From assembly GCA_035697845.1 (NCBI GenBank), contig DASSCI010000015.1, forward strand, positions 1 through 60,492: 60,492 nt of DNA. The letters are read 5' to 3'. The DNA is from Candidatus Limnocylindria bacterium. Its GTDB lineage: Bacteria; Chloroflexota; Limnocylindria; QHBO01. The notes beneath the pieces are model-generated. The model was not told the DNA's origin and did not search any database. It was given only the letters and a program-made list of their open reading frames with translations. This document shows positions 17,461-27,662 of this stretch, one piece after another; the first letter of the stretch is position 1, and the number at the start of each line of letters is the position of its first letter. A program made the translations under genes and the position numbers.

Positions 17461-17607
17461 ATGCTCTGGACGATCATCGTCATCCTGCTGGTCCTCTGGC
17501 TTCTCGGCCTGATCGGCAACATCGGCGGCGGCCTGATCTGGCTGCTGCTGGTGATCGCGGCCATCGTGCTCGTCTTCCAGCTGCTCAGCGGACGGCGCAC
17601 CGTCTAG
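17461..17607 (+). CDS. lmo0937-family small membrane protein (48 aa), not in the ORF track
   Basis: A GAGGAGAA SD sequence lies 5 nt upstream of the ATG. The product is MLWTIIVILLVLWLLGLIGNIGGGLIWLLLVIAAIVLVFQLLSGRRTV, which matches the MLWTIIVIL...GGGLIH.LLVIA...GRR pattern I recall for this family. Confidence 0.7.
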   Translation: MLWTIIVILLVLWLLGLIGNIGGGLIWLLLVIAAIVLVFQLLSGRRTV

Positions 17608-17751
17608 GTAAGCAGGCCTGCTGACGCCGGCCGCAGCGATCCCCGTGGTCGTCATGGGGGGAAGCGGTCGGCGCCATGCCTGAGACGGACCCGACGCGGC
17701 CCGCCTCGCGACCGATGAGCTGTCACTGCCATCGGCTACGCTTGGCGGGCC

Positions 17752-19077
17752 GTGTCGTCTCTCGAGCCCTTTCGCTTCCTCCACACCGGTGACCTTCACC
17801 TCGACAGCCCGCTGGAGGGGTTGAGCGCGCAGGCGCCGCCCGACGTCCTCGCCGTCCTGCGCAGCGCCACCATCGACGCCTGGCGCAACGTCGTCCGCAC
17901 CGCGCTCGACGAACGGGTCGACTTCGTCGTCGTCGCCGGCGACGTGTTCGAGGTCGAGAGCCCCACCCTGCTGGGCCAGACTCGCTTCCGCGACGGCCTC
18001 GGGGAGCTTGCCTCGGCAGGCATCGCGAGCTTCGTCGTTCACGGCAACCACGATCCGCTCGACGGTCAGGCGTGGGCACCGTCGCTGGAGTTTCCGGCGG
18101 CGGTGCACAGGTTCGGGACGGGCGCCGGCGAGTCGGCGCCGGTCGTTCGCGACGGCCGAGAGATCGCGCGCATCCACGGGCGATCCTATCCACGCTCGGC
18201 CGTCACGGAGAACTACGCAGCCGCATTCCGGGCGGAGCCGGCCGCCCCGTTTTCTGTCGGCCTGCTGCACACGAACGTCGGCGATCAGCCCGGCCATCAC
18301 AACTACGCGCCATGCTCGGCGGCCGACCTGCGTGCGTCGGGCATGGATTACTGGGCGCTGGGCCATATCCACCAACCCGGGCAGGTGCTCGCCGATCCTC
18401 CGGCCTGGTACTGCGGCATTCCCCAGGGTCGCGATCCCGGCGAGCTGGGGGCGCATGGCTGCTACGTCGTCGATGTCGACGCGGCTCGCCGGGTCACTCC
18501 ACGCTTCGTCGCCACCGACGTCGTCCGCTGGCAGCCGGTCGAGGTCTCGATCGCCGGCCTTCCCGACGACGAGGCACTGGCGCGAGCGTGCCGGGAGGCG
18601 GTGGGCTCGGCCCTCGACGGAGCCGATGGGCGGTCGCTGGTCATTCGACTCCGATTGAGCGGGCGCGGGCCGTTGCACGCGCACCTGGCCCGCCACGGCT
18701 ACCCGGGCGATCTCCGCGAGCTGCTCAACGAGGAGACGGCCGGGATGCGGCCCTTCGGCTGGGTGGAGTCGGTCCGCGACGTCACGCGCTCGGAGATCGA
18801 CATCGGGGTCCGGCGCGACGCCCCCGACTTCGTCGGGGACTTTCTGCGGACCGTCGCGGCCGCGCGGCGCAGCGGACGGACGACGGACCCCGAGGAGCAC
18901 GAGCGCTGGGACGCGGCGCTGCGCGGGGCGATCGCGCCGCTGTTCGAGGAGTCGCAGCGCGGGCGGAAGTTCCTCGCCGCGTCGCGACCGACGGACGAAG
19001 CGCTGTCGGGCGACCTGCTCGACGACGCCGAAGCGCTCGGCCTCGACCTGCTGCTCGCCGCCGAGGAGGATCGCTGA
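17752..19077 (+). CDS. Metallophosphoesterase DNA-repair exonuclease, SbcD/YhaO-like
   Basis: Calcineurin-like phosphoesterase motifs are present: FLHTGDLHLD, VVVAGDVF, VHGNHD, GHIH. Confidence 0.85.
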   Translation: MSSLEPFRFLHTGDLHLDSPLEGLSAQAPPDVLAVLRSATIDAWRNVVRTALDERVDFVVVAGDVFEVESPTLLGQTRFRDGLGELASAGIASFVVHGNHDPLDGQAWAPSLEFPAAVHRFGTGAGESAPVVRDGREIARIHGRSYPRSAVTENYAAAFRAEPAAPFSVGLLHTNVGDQPGHHNYAPCSAADLRASGMDYWALGHIHQPGQVLADPPAWYCGIPQGRDPGELGAHGCYVVDVDAARRVTPRFVATDVVRWQPVEVSIAGLPDDEALARACREAVGSALDGADGRSLVIRLRLSGRGPLHAHLARHGYPGDLRELLNEETAGMRPFGWVESVRDVTRSEIDIGVRRDAPDFVGDFLRTVAAARRSGRTTDPEEHERWDAALRGAIAPLFEESQRGRKFLAASRPTDEALSGDLLDDAEALGLDLLLAAEEDR

Positions 19078-22000
19078 TGCGCTTCGAGCGCATCGAGCTC
19101 GACGGGTTCGGCCGCTTCCACGAAGCCGCCTGGGCCCTCAGCGAGGGCCTGACGGTGATTCGCGGCGACAACGAGGCCGGCAAGACGACGTTCCTCAACG
19201 CGGTTCGCGCCCTGCTGTTCGGCTTCGAGGCGACGCGCGATGGGCGCACCTGGTATCCCGCCTTCGCCGGCGGCCGCCGCGGCGGGCGGCTCGTGCTGCG
19301 CACGGCGGAGGGGGAGCGCTGGGTCGTCGAGCGTCACGGCGAGCGCGGCGGAGGTGGGACGCTGGTGGTCCGTGCCCCGAACGGCAGCCAGGGCGGCCAG
19401 GAGACGCTCGACCGCCTCCTGCGCGGAGCGGACAAGGACCTGTTCAACAACATTTTCGCCTTCGGGCTCGGCGAGCTGCAGAACTTCCACAGCCTCTCCA
19501 CCGAAGGCGTGCGCGGCCGGATCTATGGCGCCAGCGCCGGGCTCGGCGGGTCGAGCGCCGTCGACCTCGAGCAGGAGCTGCGCGCCCAGCTGCGCGAGTC
19601 GTTCGTCCCGTCCGGAAGCAAGCCGCCGCTGAATGAGCTGCTGGCGCGGATCGAGCAGCTGCGGGGCGAGATCGCCGATCTTGCGCACCAGCCCGCCGAG
19701 CACGCCGCCGCCCACCGAGACCGCAACGAGCTCGTGGCGCGGAGCGAGGAGATGCGCGGCCGGATCCGCGTCCTCCGAGAGCGGGTCCTCCGGTTGGGCC
19801 GCATCGAGGAGGCGGGACCGGTTGCCGCCGAGCTGACGCTGCTCGAGGGCGACCTCGCGGCTGGTGACGCGACGCTCGACGACCTGCCGACCGACGCAGT
19901 GGCCATCCTCGACCGGCTGCTCGGCGAGCTCGAGGCGGCCCGCGCGAGATTGGCGAGCATCGACGAGCAGCTGGCCGAAACCCGATCCGAGCGCGCGCGG
20001 ACGCAGCCGGACGAGGGGGTGCTCGGCCGGGCCGACGAGGTGACGGCCGTCCTCGAGGAGCGTAGCGCCCGCGCCGCGGCGGAAGGCCGGCGCGGAGATC
20101 TCGAAGCCGCCCGTTCCCGCAGCGCGGCGACGGTCGCCGAGCAGCTCGGCCGTGTCGGCGGGTGGGACGAGGCGCGCCTCGTGGCGATCGACGACTCGAT
20201 CCCGGCGGTCGAGGCGACACGTTCGCATGAGCGCGCGCTCGACACCGCCGGCAGGCTGGCGCGCGAGGCCGAGGCCAGGCATCGAGCTGCCGCCGATGAG
20301 CTCGAGCGACGCGAGCGCGAGGGTGCAGCGGATGAGATGCTCGATGACGCGGCGATCGAGACCCGCGCCGGCGCCCTCCGAGCACTCGAGGCGCTTCGCA
20401 TTCAGCGCGCGACTGCCGAGGCGCTCGCACAGCGCGGCGACCGTGCCGGTCTCCGGTTGGGCACCGCCGGGTTGACCGTCCTCGCGCTCCTCGTCGCCGC
20501 CGCCGGCGCGCTGATCGGCACCTTCGCCGGCGCGACGCTGCTCGGCCTGCTTGCCGGCATCGCCCTCGCGGCGATCGCCGTGGCGGTGCTGGTAACGACC
20601 GATCGCCGCGGGCCCGCGCTCGGCAAGGGCGTCGACCTCGAGCAGCTTGACGCCGAACGCCGGCGGCTGCTTGCCTCGTTGAGCCTGGCCCCGGATGCGA
20701 CCGATGACGACGTCCGCCGCGTGACCGATGCGGTGGCCACCGAGCGCGCGCGCCGTTCGATGGCGGACGAGTGGCGATCGACGCTGGCGGCCCGTCGCGC
20801 GGAGGTCGACCAGCGTTCGATCGAGGCGGCTGCCGCTGCCGACGCCGCAGACGCCGCCCAGTCGGAGTGGGACGCATGGCTGGTGTCGCACGGCCTCGAC
20901 GCCGGCACGTCGCCCGACGCGGCGCGACAGGTGATGGCGGCCGCGGGTATGGCGCGCCGCGCCGCATCCGACCGCGACCGGCTAGCCGCGGAGATCGCCC
21001 AGCTCGACGCGGCGGACGCCACCTTCGCGCAGCGTGCCGACGGGCTGCTCAGCGGCCTGGGCATCGAGCCCAGTGCTGACGGTCCGCGCCGCCACGCGCT
21101 GCTCGCCGGCGTCGGATCACGCCTGGACGGGGCGCGAGCCGCGCAGAGACGAGCCGCGGAGCTCGACGCCACTATCGCGGAGCTGACGACTCGGCGTGAG
21201 CCGCTGGCGATCGAGGTCGCGGAGCGCGAGGCGGCGGTGTCGGCCCACCTCGATGCGCTCGGCTGCACGGACGCGGATGCGCTGCGCCGCCGTGCGACGG
21301 AAGCGACCGTCCGAGCCGAGCTGCGCGGTCGCGCCCGCGAGGTTCGAGAGCGGCTCGCCGGCATCGCCGGCAGCCTGGACGCGATCCCGGCGCTCCTCGA
21401 GGAGAGTGCCGGCGCGGATCCCGCCGCGCTGGAGGCGGCGCGCGCCGACGCGGCCGATGAGCTGAGCAGGGTCGAGGCAGAGGAGCGCGGCACGCTGACG
21501 CGCATCGGCGCCCTCGAGGATCGCATCAGGCAGCTCGAGGCCGCCGAGGAGATCGGCATGAAGCGCCAGGAACTCGCGGTGCTCGAGGGACGCGCATCGG
21601 CCATGGCCCGCGAGTGGGCGGTGAAGGCGCTGACACTGCGGCTGTTGGAGGAGACCCGCGCTCGCTACGAGCGAGAGCGCCAACCGGACGTCGTGCGCGC
21701 CGCCGAATCGCACTTCGAGCGCATCACCGGCGGGCGCTACAGCCGCATCATCACCGCGCCGGGTGAAGCGACAGTCCGGATCGAGAGCGACGGCGGCGGG
21801 GCGAAGGCCACCGAGGAGCTCTCCCGCGGCACCGCCGAGCAGCTGTATCTCGCCCTGCGCTTCGGCCTGATCGAGGAATTCGCCCGTCACGCCGAGCCGC
21901 TCCCCGTGGTCATGGACGACATCCTGGTCAACTTCGATCCCGATCGGGCCGATCGCGCGGCCGATGCGCTCCACGCCCTGGCCGAACGCCACCAGGTGCT

Positions 22001-22103
22001 CTTCTTCACCTGCCATCCGCGCACCGCGGAGCTGCTCGACCCCACCGGTGCCAGCACCGTCTCGCTCGATGCGACTGCTAGCATCGAGCCGGTTCATGCC
22101 TGA
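19077..22103 (+). CDS. AAA/SMC-like ATPase with long coiled coils and a central TM hairpin, YhaN/SbcC-like
   Basis: ATGA overlap with the nuclease gene. The N-terminus is MRFERIELDGFGRF...IRGDNEAGKTT (Walker A). A central hydrophobic pair follows (LTVLALLVAAAGALIGTFAGATLLGLLAGIALAAIAVAVLV). The C-terminus has LSRGTAEQLYLALRFGL and VVMDDILVNFD (signature/Walker B). The 335 codons upstream in the track ORF were rejected. Confidence 0.85.
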   Translation: MRFERIELDGFGRFHEAAWALSEGLTVIRGDNEAGKTTFLNAVRALLFGFEATRDGRTWYPAFAGGRRGGRLVLRTAEGERWVVERHGERGGGGTLVVRAPNGSQGGQETLDRLLRGADKDLFNNIFAFGLGELQNFHSLSTEGVRGRIYGASAGLGGSSAVDLEQELRAQLRESFVPSGSKPPLNELLARIEQLRGEIADLAHQPAEHAAAHRDRNELVARSEEMRGRIRVLRERVLRLGRIEEAGPVAAELTLLEGDLAAGDATLDDLPTDAVAILDRLLGELEAARARLASIDEQLAETRSERARTQPDEGVLGRADEVTAVLEERSARAAAEGRRGDLEAARSRSAATVAEQLGRVGGWDEARLVAIDDSIPAVEATRSHERALDTAGRLAREAEARHRAAADELERREREGAADEMLDDAAIETRAGALRALEALRIQRATAEALAQRGDRAGLRLGTAGLTVLALLVAAAGALIGTFAGATLLGLLAGIALAAIAVAVLVTTDRRGPALGKGVDLEQLDAERRRLLASLSLAPDATDDDVRRVTDAVATERARRSMADEWRSTLAARRAEVDQRSIEAAAAADAADAAQSEWDAWLVSHGLDAGTSPDAARQVMAAAGMARRAASDRDRLAAEIAQLDAADATFAQRADGLLSGLGIEPSADGPRRHALLAGVGSRLDGARAAQRRAAELDATIAELTTRREPLAIEVAEREAAVSAHLDALGCTDADALRRRATEATVRAELRGRAREVRERLAGIAGSLDAIPALLEESAGADPAALEAARADAADELSRVEAEERGTLTRIGALEDRIRQLEAAEEIGMKRQELAVLEGRASAMAREWAVKALTLRLLEETRARYERERQPDVVRAAESHFERITGGRYSRIITAPGEATVRIESDGGGAKATEELSRGTAEQLYLALRFGLIEEFARHAEPLPVVMDDILVNFDPDRADRAADALHALAERHQVLFFTCHPRTAELLDPTGASTVSLDATASIEPVHA

Positions 22104-22815
22104 CGACAAGCTGCCCACCCCACGACGCGTGCTCGTCGTGGCGGCCCATCCCGACGACATCGAGTTTGGAGCAGCGGGCACGATCGCTCGCTGGGTGGGC
22201 GAGGGAGCCAGAGTTCGGTACCTGGTGGCGACGCGCGGGGACAAGGGAAGCGACGATCCCCGGGCCGACGTCGCCGCGCTCGTCGAACTGCGCGAGCGTG
22301 AGCAGCGGGCGGCCGCCGCGGAGATCGGCGTCGACGGCGTCGACTTCCTGGACGAGCCGGACGGACAGGTGCAGGCATCGCTCGAGCTCCGCGAGCGCAT
22401 CACGAGGGCCGTGCGCGCCTGGCAACCCGAAGTCGTCATGACCCACGATCCGACGGTCCTGTTCGTCAACAACGAGTGGGTCAACCATCCCGACCACCGC
22501 GCCGTCGGACAGTCGACCGTGGATGCCGTCTTTCCGACGGCTCGCGACCCGCTCAACTTTCCCGAGCACCTGGCCGCCGGCCTCGAGGCATGGAAGGTCG
22601 CGGAGCTCTACCTGTGGAGCACGAACGAGGCAAACCAGATCGTCGACATCGGTGAGACGCTCGAGCGCAAGGTGGCGGCGCTTGGGCATCACGCCAGCCA
22701 GTTCCGGGCCTTCGACGACATCGCGCGCTGGGTTCGGCGTCGCAGCGAGGAGCTCGGCGATCGCACCGGATATCGGGCCGCCGAGGGCTTTCGCCGGGTG
22801 ACACTGGCGCGATGA
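22096..22815 (+). CDS. PIG-L/LmbE-family N-acetylglucosaminyl deacetylase
   Basis: VLVVAAHPDDIEFGAAGT is the family signature, with a later HPDH. Its ATG 22096 overlaps the ATPase stop by 8 nt. Confidence 0.85.
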   Translation: MPDDKLPTPRRVLVVAAHPDDIEFGAAGTIARWVGEGARVRYLVATRGDKGSDDPRADVAALVELREREQRAAAAEIGVDGVDFLDEPDGQVQASLELRERITRAVRAWQPEVVMTHDPTVLFVNNEWVNHPDHRAVGQSTVDAVFPTARDPLNFPEHLAAGLEAWKVAELYLWSTNEANQIVDIGETLERKVAALGHHASQFRAFDDIARWVRRRSEELGDRTGYRAAEGFRRVTLAR

Positions 22816-24827
22816 GCGGGCGACCACTGCTGCTGGCCCTCCCGCTCCTCGCCCTCGCCGCCTGCAGCGCTGATTCGGCTCCAGATCCCACCCCGGTTCC
22901 GACCACCTTCCCGCAGGCGGCGCCGACTGCCGCCGTCGAGCTCGCCTCGCGCTATCTGGATGCGTGGGCCGCCGGCGACTACGCCGCCATGTACGCGGAG
23001 CTCGACCCGGCGATCCGTGATGACTACTCCGCCGACCAGTTCGCGGAGCTGCACGCCGCCTTCGCGGAGATGGCCCAGGTCAATGGCCTTGCGGCGACCG
23101 CGGGCGCCCCCACCCTCGTGGCTTTGGCGCCGGAGCCGCGCTCGAGCCAGTTCCCCGCACCGACCGCCACGCCGGTGCCCACGCCCGACCCTTCGGCCAG
23201 CGCCGAGCCCGAACCGACGGCCTCCGCCGCGCCATCGATCGACCCCGCCGCCCCGCTCCAGGGCCCCGTGCCGGGGCTGGCGATCCCGGTCTCGGTCGAC
23301 GTCGACTCCGAGCGCTTCGGCGACCTCTCGCTCGAGCGCGAGCTGACATACGTCCAGGGCGCCGACGGCTGGCTCCTGCGCTGGAGCCCCGAGGTGCTCT
23401 TCCCCGAGCTCGGGCCGGACGGGACGCTGCGGCTCGACCGAGAGCTGGGGATGCGCGGCCGGATCATCGGCGACGGCGGCGTGGTGTGGGCGGAGACGCG
23501 CGACGACGGCGCGCGCGTGTATCCGCAGGAGGCCCTGGCGGGCCAGGTCATCGGCTACGTCAGCGAGGTGACGGCAGAGGACCTCGAGACGCTCGCCGCC
23601 GATGGGTACCGAGCCGGCGACGTGGTCGGGCGCTCGGGACTGGAGTCCGGCGCGGAGGCGCTGCTTCGCGGGACGCCCGGCTGGAGCCTGGTCGCGGTCG
23701 GCGGAGATGGCACCGAGTCGGTCCTCTACCAGACCGAGATGGTGCCCGGGGGGGACGTGGCGATCACGATCCGCCCGAACGTTCAGCTCGCCGCGCAGCA
23801 GGCCCTCGCCTCGCACGCGGAGGGCGCGACGGCGGTCGTCGACCCGCGTTCCGGCGACGTCTGGGCGCTCGCAAGCCAGCCGGCGTTCAATCCGAACTCC
23901 CTGACCATCGGCACCACCCTGGCCGGAGAGCCGCTCACTCCGGCCGGGACGGGCCAGATCTTCAACAAGGCGGTGCTCGGCGCCTATCCGGCGGGCTCGT
24001 CGTTCAAGCCATTCACGCTCGTCGCCGCCCTCCAGACCGGCGTTGCCAGCCCGGCCAGCACGCGACCATGCCCGCCGACGTGGCAGTACGGCGACTTCAC
24101 CTTCCGCAACTACATGGACCACTCGCTGCCCGGGCAGGTGGGCCTGGCCGAATCCATGGCATTCAGCTGCAACACCACCTACATGCCGCTCGCGCTCGAG
24201 GTCTATCAGACCGATGAGACGGCACTGACCGATCTGCTCAAGGACTTCGGCTTCGGCGCGGCGACCGGCATCGGGTACCTGGTGGAGGAGATCGGCATCG
24301 TGCCGGACGACGCGTGGCTCGCGGCCAACGGTCGCGGTGGGTACTCCGGCTTCGAGCAGGTGCAGCTGGCAATCGGCCAGGGCGCGCTGCTCCTCACGCC
24401 GCTCCAGCTTGCGAACGCCTATGCCGCCATCGGCAACGGCGGGACGCTGTGGCAGCCACGGATCGTGACGAGCGCCACGCTGCCGGACGGAACGCTCGTC
24501 GCCGGCGTCGAGCCGACCGTCGCCCACCAGATCCCGGTCGATGCCGCCGCTCTCGCCTTCGTGACCGATACGCTGCAGGCCGTCACGACGCTGCCGTACG
24601 GGACGGGCACCGCCGCCTTCTCCGGGTTTGGGATCCCGGTTGCCGGCAAGTCCGGAACGGCCGAGACCGGCACACCGGACCCGCACGCCTGGTTCCCGGC
24701 CTACGCTCCTGCCGACGATCCGACGATCGCGGTGGCGACCATCCTGCCGTACATCGCGCTCGGCACCGGCGGCACGGATGCGGCCCCGCTCGTCCGCCAG
24801 GTGATGGCCGCCCACTTCAGCCAATGA
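22812..24827 (+). CDS. Penicillin-binding protein (class B transpeptidase) lipoprotein with an N-terminal NTF2/MecA_N-like domain
   Basis: ATGA overlap with the deacetylase. Lipobox LLALAAC. SxxK motif SSFKPFT. KTG-like motif AGKSGTAE. Confidence 0.85.
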   Translation: MSGRPLLLALPLLALAACSADSAPDPTPVPTTFPQAAPTAAVELASRYLDAWAAGDYAAMYAELDPAIRDDYSADQFAELHAAFAEMAQVNGLAATAGAPTLVALAPEPRSSQFPAPTATPVPTPDPSASAEPEPTASAAPSIDPAAPLQGPVPGLAIPVSVDVDSERFGDLSLERELTYVQGADGWLLRWSPEVLFPELGPDGTLRLDRELGMRGRIIGDGGVVWAETRDDGARVYPQEALAGQVIGYVSEVTAEDLETLAADGYRAGDVVGRSGLESGAEALLRGTPGWSLVAVGGDGTESVLYQTEMVPGGDVAITIRPNVQLAAQQALASHAEGATAVVDPRSGDVWALASQPAFNPNSLTIGTTLAGEPLTPAGTGQIFNKAVLGAYPAGSSFKPFTLVAALQTGVASPASTRPCPPTWQYGDFTFRNYMDHSLPGQVGLAESMAFSCNTTYMPLALEVYQTDETALTDLLKDFGFGAATGIGYLVEEIGIVPDDAWLAANGRGGYSGFEQVQLAIGQGALLLTPLQLANAYAAIGNGGTLWQPRIVTSATLPDGTLVAGVEPTVAHQIPVDAAALAFVTDTLQAVTTLPYGTGTAAFSGFGIPVAGKSGTAETGTPDPHAWFPAYAPADDPTIAVATILPYIALGTGGTDAAPLVRQVMAAHFSQ

Positions 24828-24939
24828 CGGCGCAACGACGCGCGCCTTGCACGGCGCGAGACGGAACGGGTAGCATCGGTCTCGCCGCTCCTTCAGTTGC
24901 CCCATGGTCTAACGCCGCCCGGAGAGCGACCACGACGCA

Positions 24940-26913
24940 GTGATCTCAGATACCGCGATTCCCCTGAGGTTCCAGACGGCCGAGGTCGGTGTCGACTGGC
25001 TTCAGTGCAACATCGAGTGCCAGGAAGGCTGCCCGGTCAACACCAATTGCCGGGGCTACCTGATGCTGGCCGCCGAAGGGCGCTTCGAGGAGGGCTACAT
25101 CCTCGCCCGCGACCCGAACCCGGTGGCCGCCATCTGCGGCTACGTGTGCAGCGCGCCGTGCGAGAAGGCCTGCCGCCGCGGCGACATCGACAAGCCGCTC
25201 GCGATCCGCGCCATGAAGCGCTTCCTGGTCGACTGGCACTACGGCAACAACATGCCCGACAACGTCGTGGTGCAGGCGCCGACCGGGCGCAGCGTGGCCG
25301 TCATCGGTGCCGGCCCTGCCGGGCTGGCGGCCGCCAAGGAGCTCGGCAGCTGGGGCCACGAGGTCCACATCTACGAGGCGCTGCCCTCGGGCGGCGGCAC
25401 GACGCTCATCGGCGTCCCGGCCTTCCGCCTCCCGCGCGACGTCATCGAGCTGGACGTGAACTGGGTCGCCAAGCACGGCGTGCAGTTCCACTACAACGTC
25501 GAGATCGGCCGCGACATCACGCTCGAGCAGCTGCGCGCAAAGCACGACGCGGTGGTGGTCGCCACGGGCTGCATGTACCCGGTTGCCATGAACGTCCCGG
25601 GCGAGGAGCTCGACGGCGTCATCTACGGCGTCGACTTCCTGAAGCGCGCCAACCTCGGGCAGCCGCAATGGGTCGGTGAGCACGTCGTCATCATCGGCGG
25701 CGGCTACACCGCCATGGACTCCTCGCGAACCGCGCTTCGGCTGGGAGCCAAGACGAGCACGATCCTCTACCGCCGCGGCCCCGACGAGATGGTGGTCGAC
25801 GAGGAGGAGCAGCACGAGACGCGCTTCGAGGGCGTCCAGTTCGAGTACTTCGCCTCGCCGGTCGAGGTCCTCTCCGACGAGAACGGGCACGTCAGCGGCA
25901 TGAAGTTCGTGCGCACGCGGCTGGGGCCGCCGGACGCGACGGGCCGCCGCAGCGCCGAGCCGATCCCCGGCAGCGAGTTCACGGTTCCGTGCGACATGGT
26001 CATTCCGTGCACCAGCCAGGCATCGGACAACAACGTCCTCGGCGAGTTCGGCGCGAAGCTCAACCGACATGTCGGCGTGACCGATACGCGGACCGTAGTC
26101 GAGGGCGGCTCCCTGTCCGCGTGGCGCACCGAGCCGCTGAACGGCACGACACCGAAGGACGCGCAGGGCAACTCGCTGAACGACCTCAAGTTCGAGTTCA
26201 AGCGCGGCAACGTCGCCATCAACGCCGACACCTTCGGCACCAACCAGGACGGCATCTTCGCCGTCGGTGACTTCGTGACGGGGCCCGCCACGATCATCGA
26301 GGCCGCCGGCCTCGGGCGGCGGGCAGCGCGCAGCGTCGACCGCTGGTTGGCGGGGCTCCGTGGCGAGGAGCTCGAGGAGCTGCCGGTCATCAACCGGGCA
26401 ACCATCACCCAGAGCCTCGACCACGACATGCCGCGCTTCTACGAGGCCACCCGCCGACAGGAGATCCCGATGGCGCCGCCGGAGCTGCGGCGCGACTTCA
26501 CCAGCCTGGTCGAGGTCGGCTACGACACCCGCAGTGCCATCGACGAGGGCAGCCGCTGCCTCCAGTGCAACCACAACATCAACATCGACGGCCCTCGCTG
26601 TATCCTGTGCGGACTCTGCGCCGACGTCTGCCCCGAGGGCGTGATCTACATGATCGACAAGGCGCAGGTCGGCGGCGACGACCCGGAGCAGGAGTTCTTC
26701 CAGTCGTGGCCGCGCGGGATCGCCATGATCATCGACGAGGAGCGTTGCATCCGCTGCAACCTCTGCGTCGAGCGCTGCCCCACCAACTGCATCACCATGG
26801 ACCGGCTCGAGCTCGAGCGGTTCACGCCTGACGGGAAGGTTCTGTTGGAGAGCTACAAGGACAACGTGCTCGGACAGGTCGGCCAGCAGGCCGGCGCGGT
26901 CGTGGACCGATGA
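24940..26913 (+). CDS. GltD-like NAD(P)H-dependent flavoprotein fused to a 2x[4Fe-4S] ferredoxin domain
   Basis: The N-terminal Cys cluster region reads [10 protein letters not shown]...[13 protein letters not shown]. There are two dinucleotide-binding motifs ([14 protein letters not shown]; [12 protein letters not shown]). The C-terminus has [12 protein letters not shown] and [15 protein letters not shown] start. Confidence 0.85.
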   Translation: MISDTAIPLRFQTAEVGVDWLQCNIECQEGCPVNTNCRGYLMLAAEGRFEEGYILARDPNPVAAICGYVCSAPCEKACRRGDIDKPLAIRAMKRFLVDWHYGNNMPDNVVVQAPTGRSVAVIGAGPAGLAAAKELGSWGHEVHIYEALPSGGGTTLIGVPAFRLPRDVIELDVNWVAKHGVQFHYNVEIGRDITLEQLRAKHDAVVVATGCMYPVAMNVPGEELDGVIYGVDFLKRANLGQPQWVGEHVVIIGGGYTAMDSSRTALRLGAKTSTILYRRGPDEMVVDEEEQHETRFEGVQFEYFASPVEVLSDENGHVSGMKFVRTRLGPPDATGRRSAEPIPGSEFTVPCDMVIPCTSQASDNNVLGEFGAKLNRHVGVTDTRTVVEGGSLSAWRTEPLNGTTPKDAQGNSLNDLKFEFKRGNVAINADTFGTNQDGIFAVGDFVTGPATIIEAAGLGRRAARSVDRWLAGLRGEELEELPVINRATITQSLDHDMPRFYEATRRQEIPMAPPELRRDFTSLVEVGYDTRSAIDEGSRCLQCNHNINIDGPRCILCGLCADVCPEGVIYMIDKAQVGGDDPEQEFFQSWPRGIAMIIDEERCIRCNLCVERCPTNCITMDRLELERFTPDGKVLLESYKDNVLGQVGQQAGAVVDR

Positions 26914-27647
26914 GCAACGGCAACGGCGGCAACCCCGTCGTGCGCTGGGTGAAGGAGTCGGCCGCCTGGCGCAGCCTGTTCCGCCAGCCGTACCCGTCCA
27001 CCAGCCGCACCCGCGCCCTGGCGGTCATGAACAACGTGTTCCTGCACCTGCACCCGGTGCGGGTCAAGCGTCACGCCGTGCGCTACACGTACACGTTCTG
27101 CCTGGGCGGGATCAGCTTCTTCCTGTTCCTCGTGCTGACCGTGACGGGCCTGTACCTGATGTTCTTCTACGTGCCCTCGATCAGCCGCGCCTACCAGGAC
27201 ATCCAGGCCATCGAGGCATCGGTCGCGTTCGGGTCGCTGGTGCGCAACATGCACCGCTGGGCGGCGCACCTCATGGTCCTCACGGTCTTCCTGCACATGA
27301 TCCGCGTCTTCTATCACGGCGCGTACAAGCCGCCGCGGGAGTTCAACTGGGTCGTCGGCGTGTTGCTGCTGTTCTTCACGCTGGCGCTGAGCTTCACCGG
27401 CTACCTGCTGCCGTGGGACCAGATCGCGTTCTGGGCCATCACCGTCGGCACCCAGATGGCCACCTACGCGCCGCTGCTCAGCAACGAGTCTGCCTTCTTC
27501 ATGCTGGGCGGGATCGAGGTGGGCCAGGGAACGCTGCTGCGCTTCTACGTGGCGCACGTGATCTTCTTCCCGCTCATCGCCGCCATCTTCATGATCGTCC
27601 ACTTCTGGCGGATCCGGAAGGACGGCGGCATCAGTGGCCCGGTGTAA
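26910..27647 (+). CDS. Cytochrome b6-type (split) cytochrome b, N-terminal four-helix subunit
   Basis: ATGA overlap with the flavoprotein gene. His-ligand pairs are present in [18 protein letters not shown] and [22 protein letters not shown]. The FCLGG motif is also present. Confidence 0.9.
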   Translation: MSNGNGGNPVVRWVKESAAWRSLFRQPYPSTSRTRALAVMNNVFLHLHPVRVKRHAVRYTYTFCLGGISFFLFLVLTVTGLYLMFFYVPSISRAYQDIQAIEASVAFGSLVRNMHRWAAHLMVLTVFLHMIRVFYHGAYKPPREFNWVVGVLLLFFTLALSFTGYLLPWDQIAFWAITVGTQMATYAPLLSNESAFFMLGGIEVGQGTLLRFYVAHVIFFPLIAAIFMIVHFWRIRKDGGISGPV

Positions 27648-27662
27648 GGTGAGGCTGGACCG

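Noticed and set aside
18072-19076. N-terminal 335 codons of track ORF 18072..22103.
   Set aside because: This region overlaps the SbcD-like gene out of frame with Arg/Gly/Pro-rich sequence. The ATPase clearly begins at MRFERIELDGFGRF (19077) with its Walker A motif.
17752-22103. The nuclease + large coiled-coil ATPase pair as a possible phage-defence system (Lamassu/Gabija/Wadjet-like).
   Set aside because: The metallophosphoesterase motifs, the ATPase with a central TM hairpin, and the gene order match the housekeeping YhaO/YhaN (SbcCD-like) repair pair. There are no extra effector genes, no mobile-element context and no compositional break.
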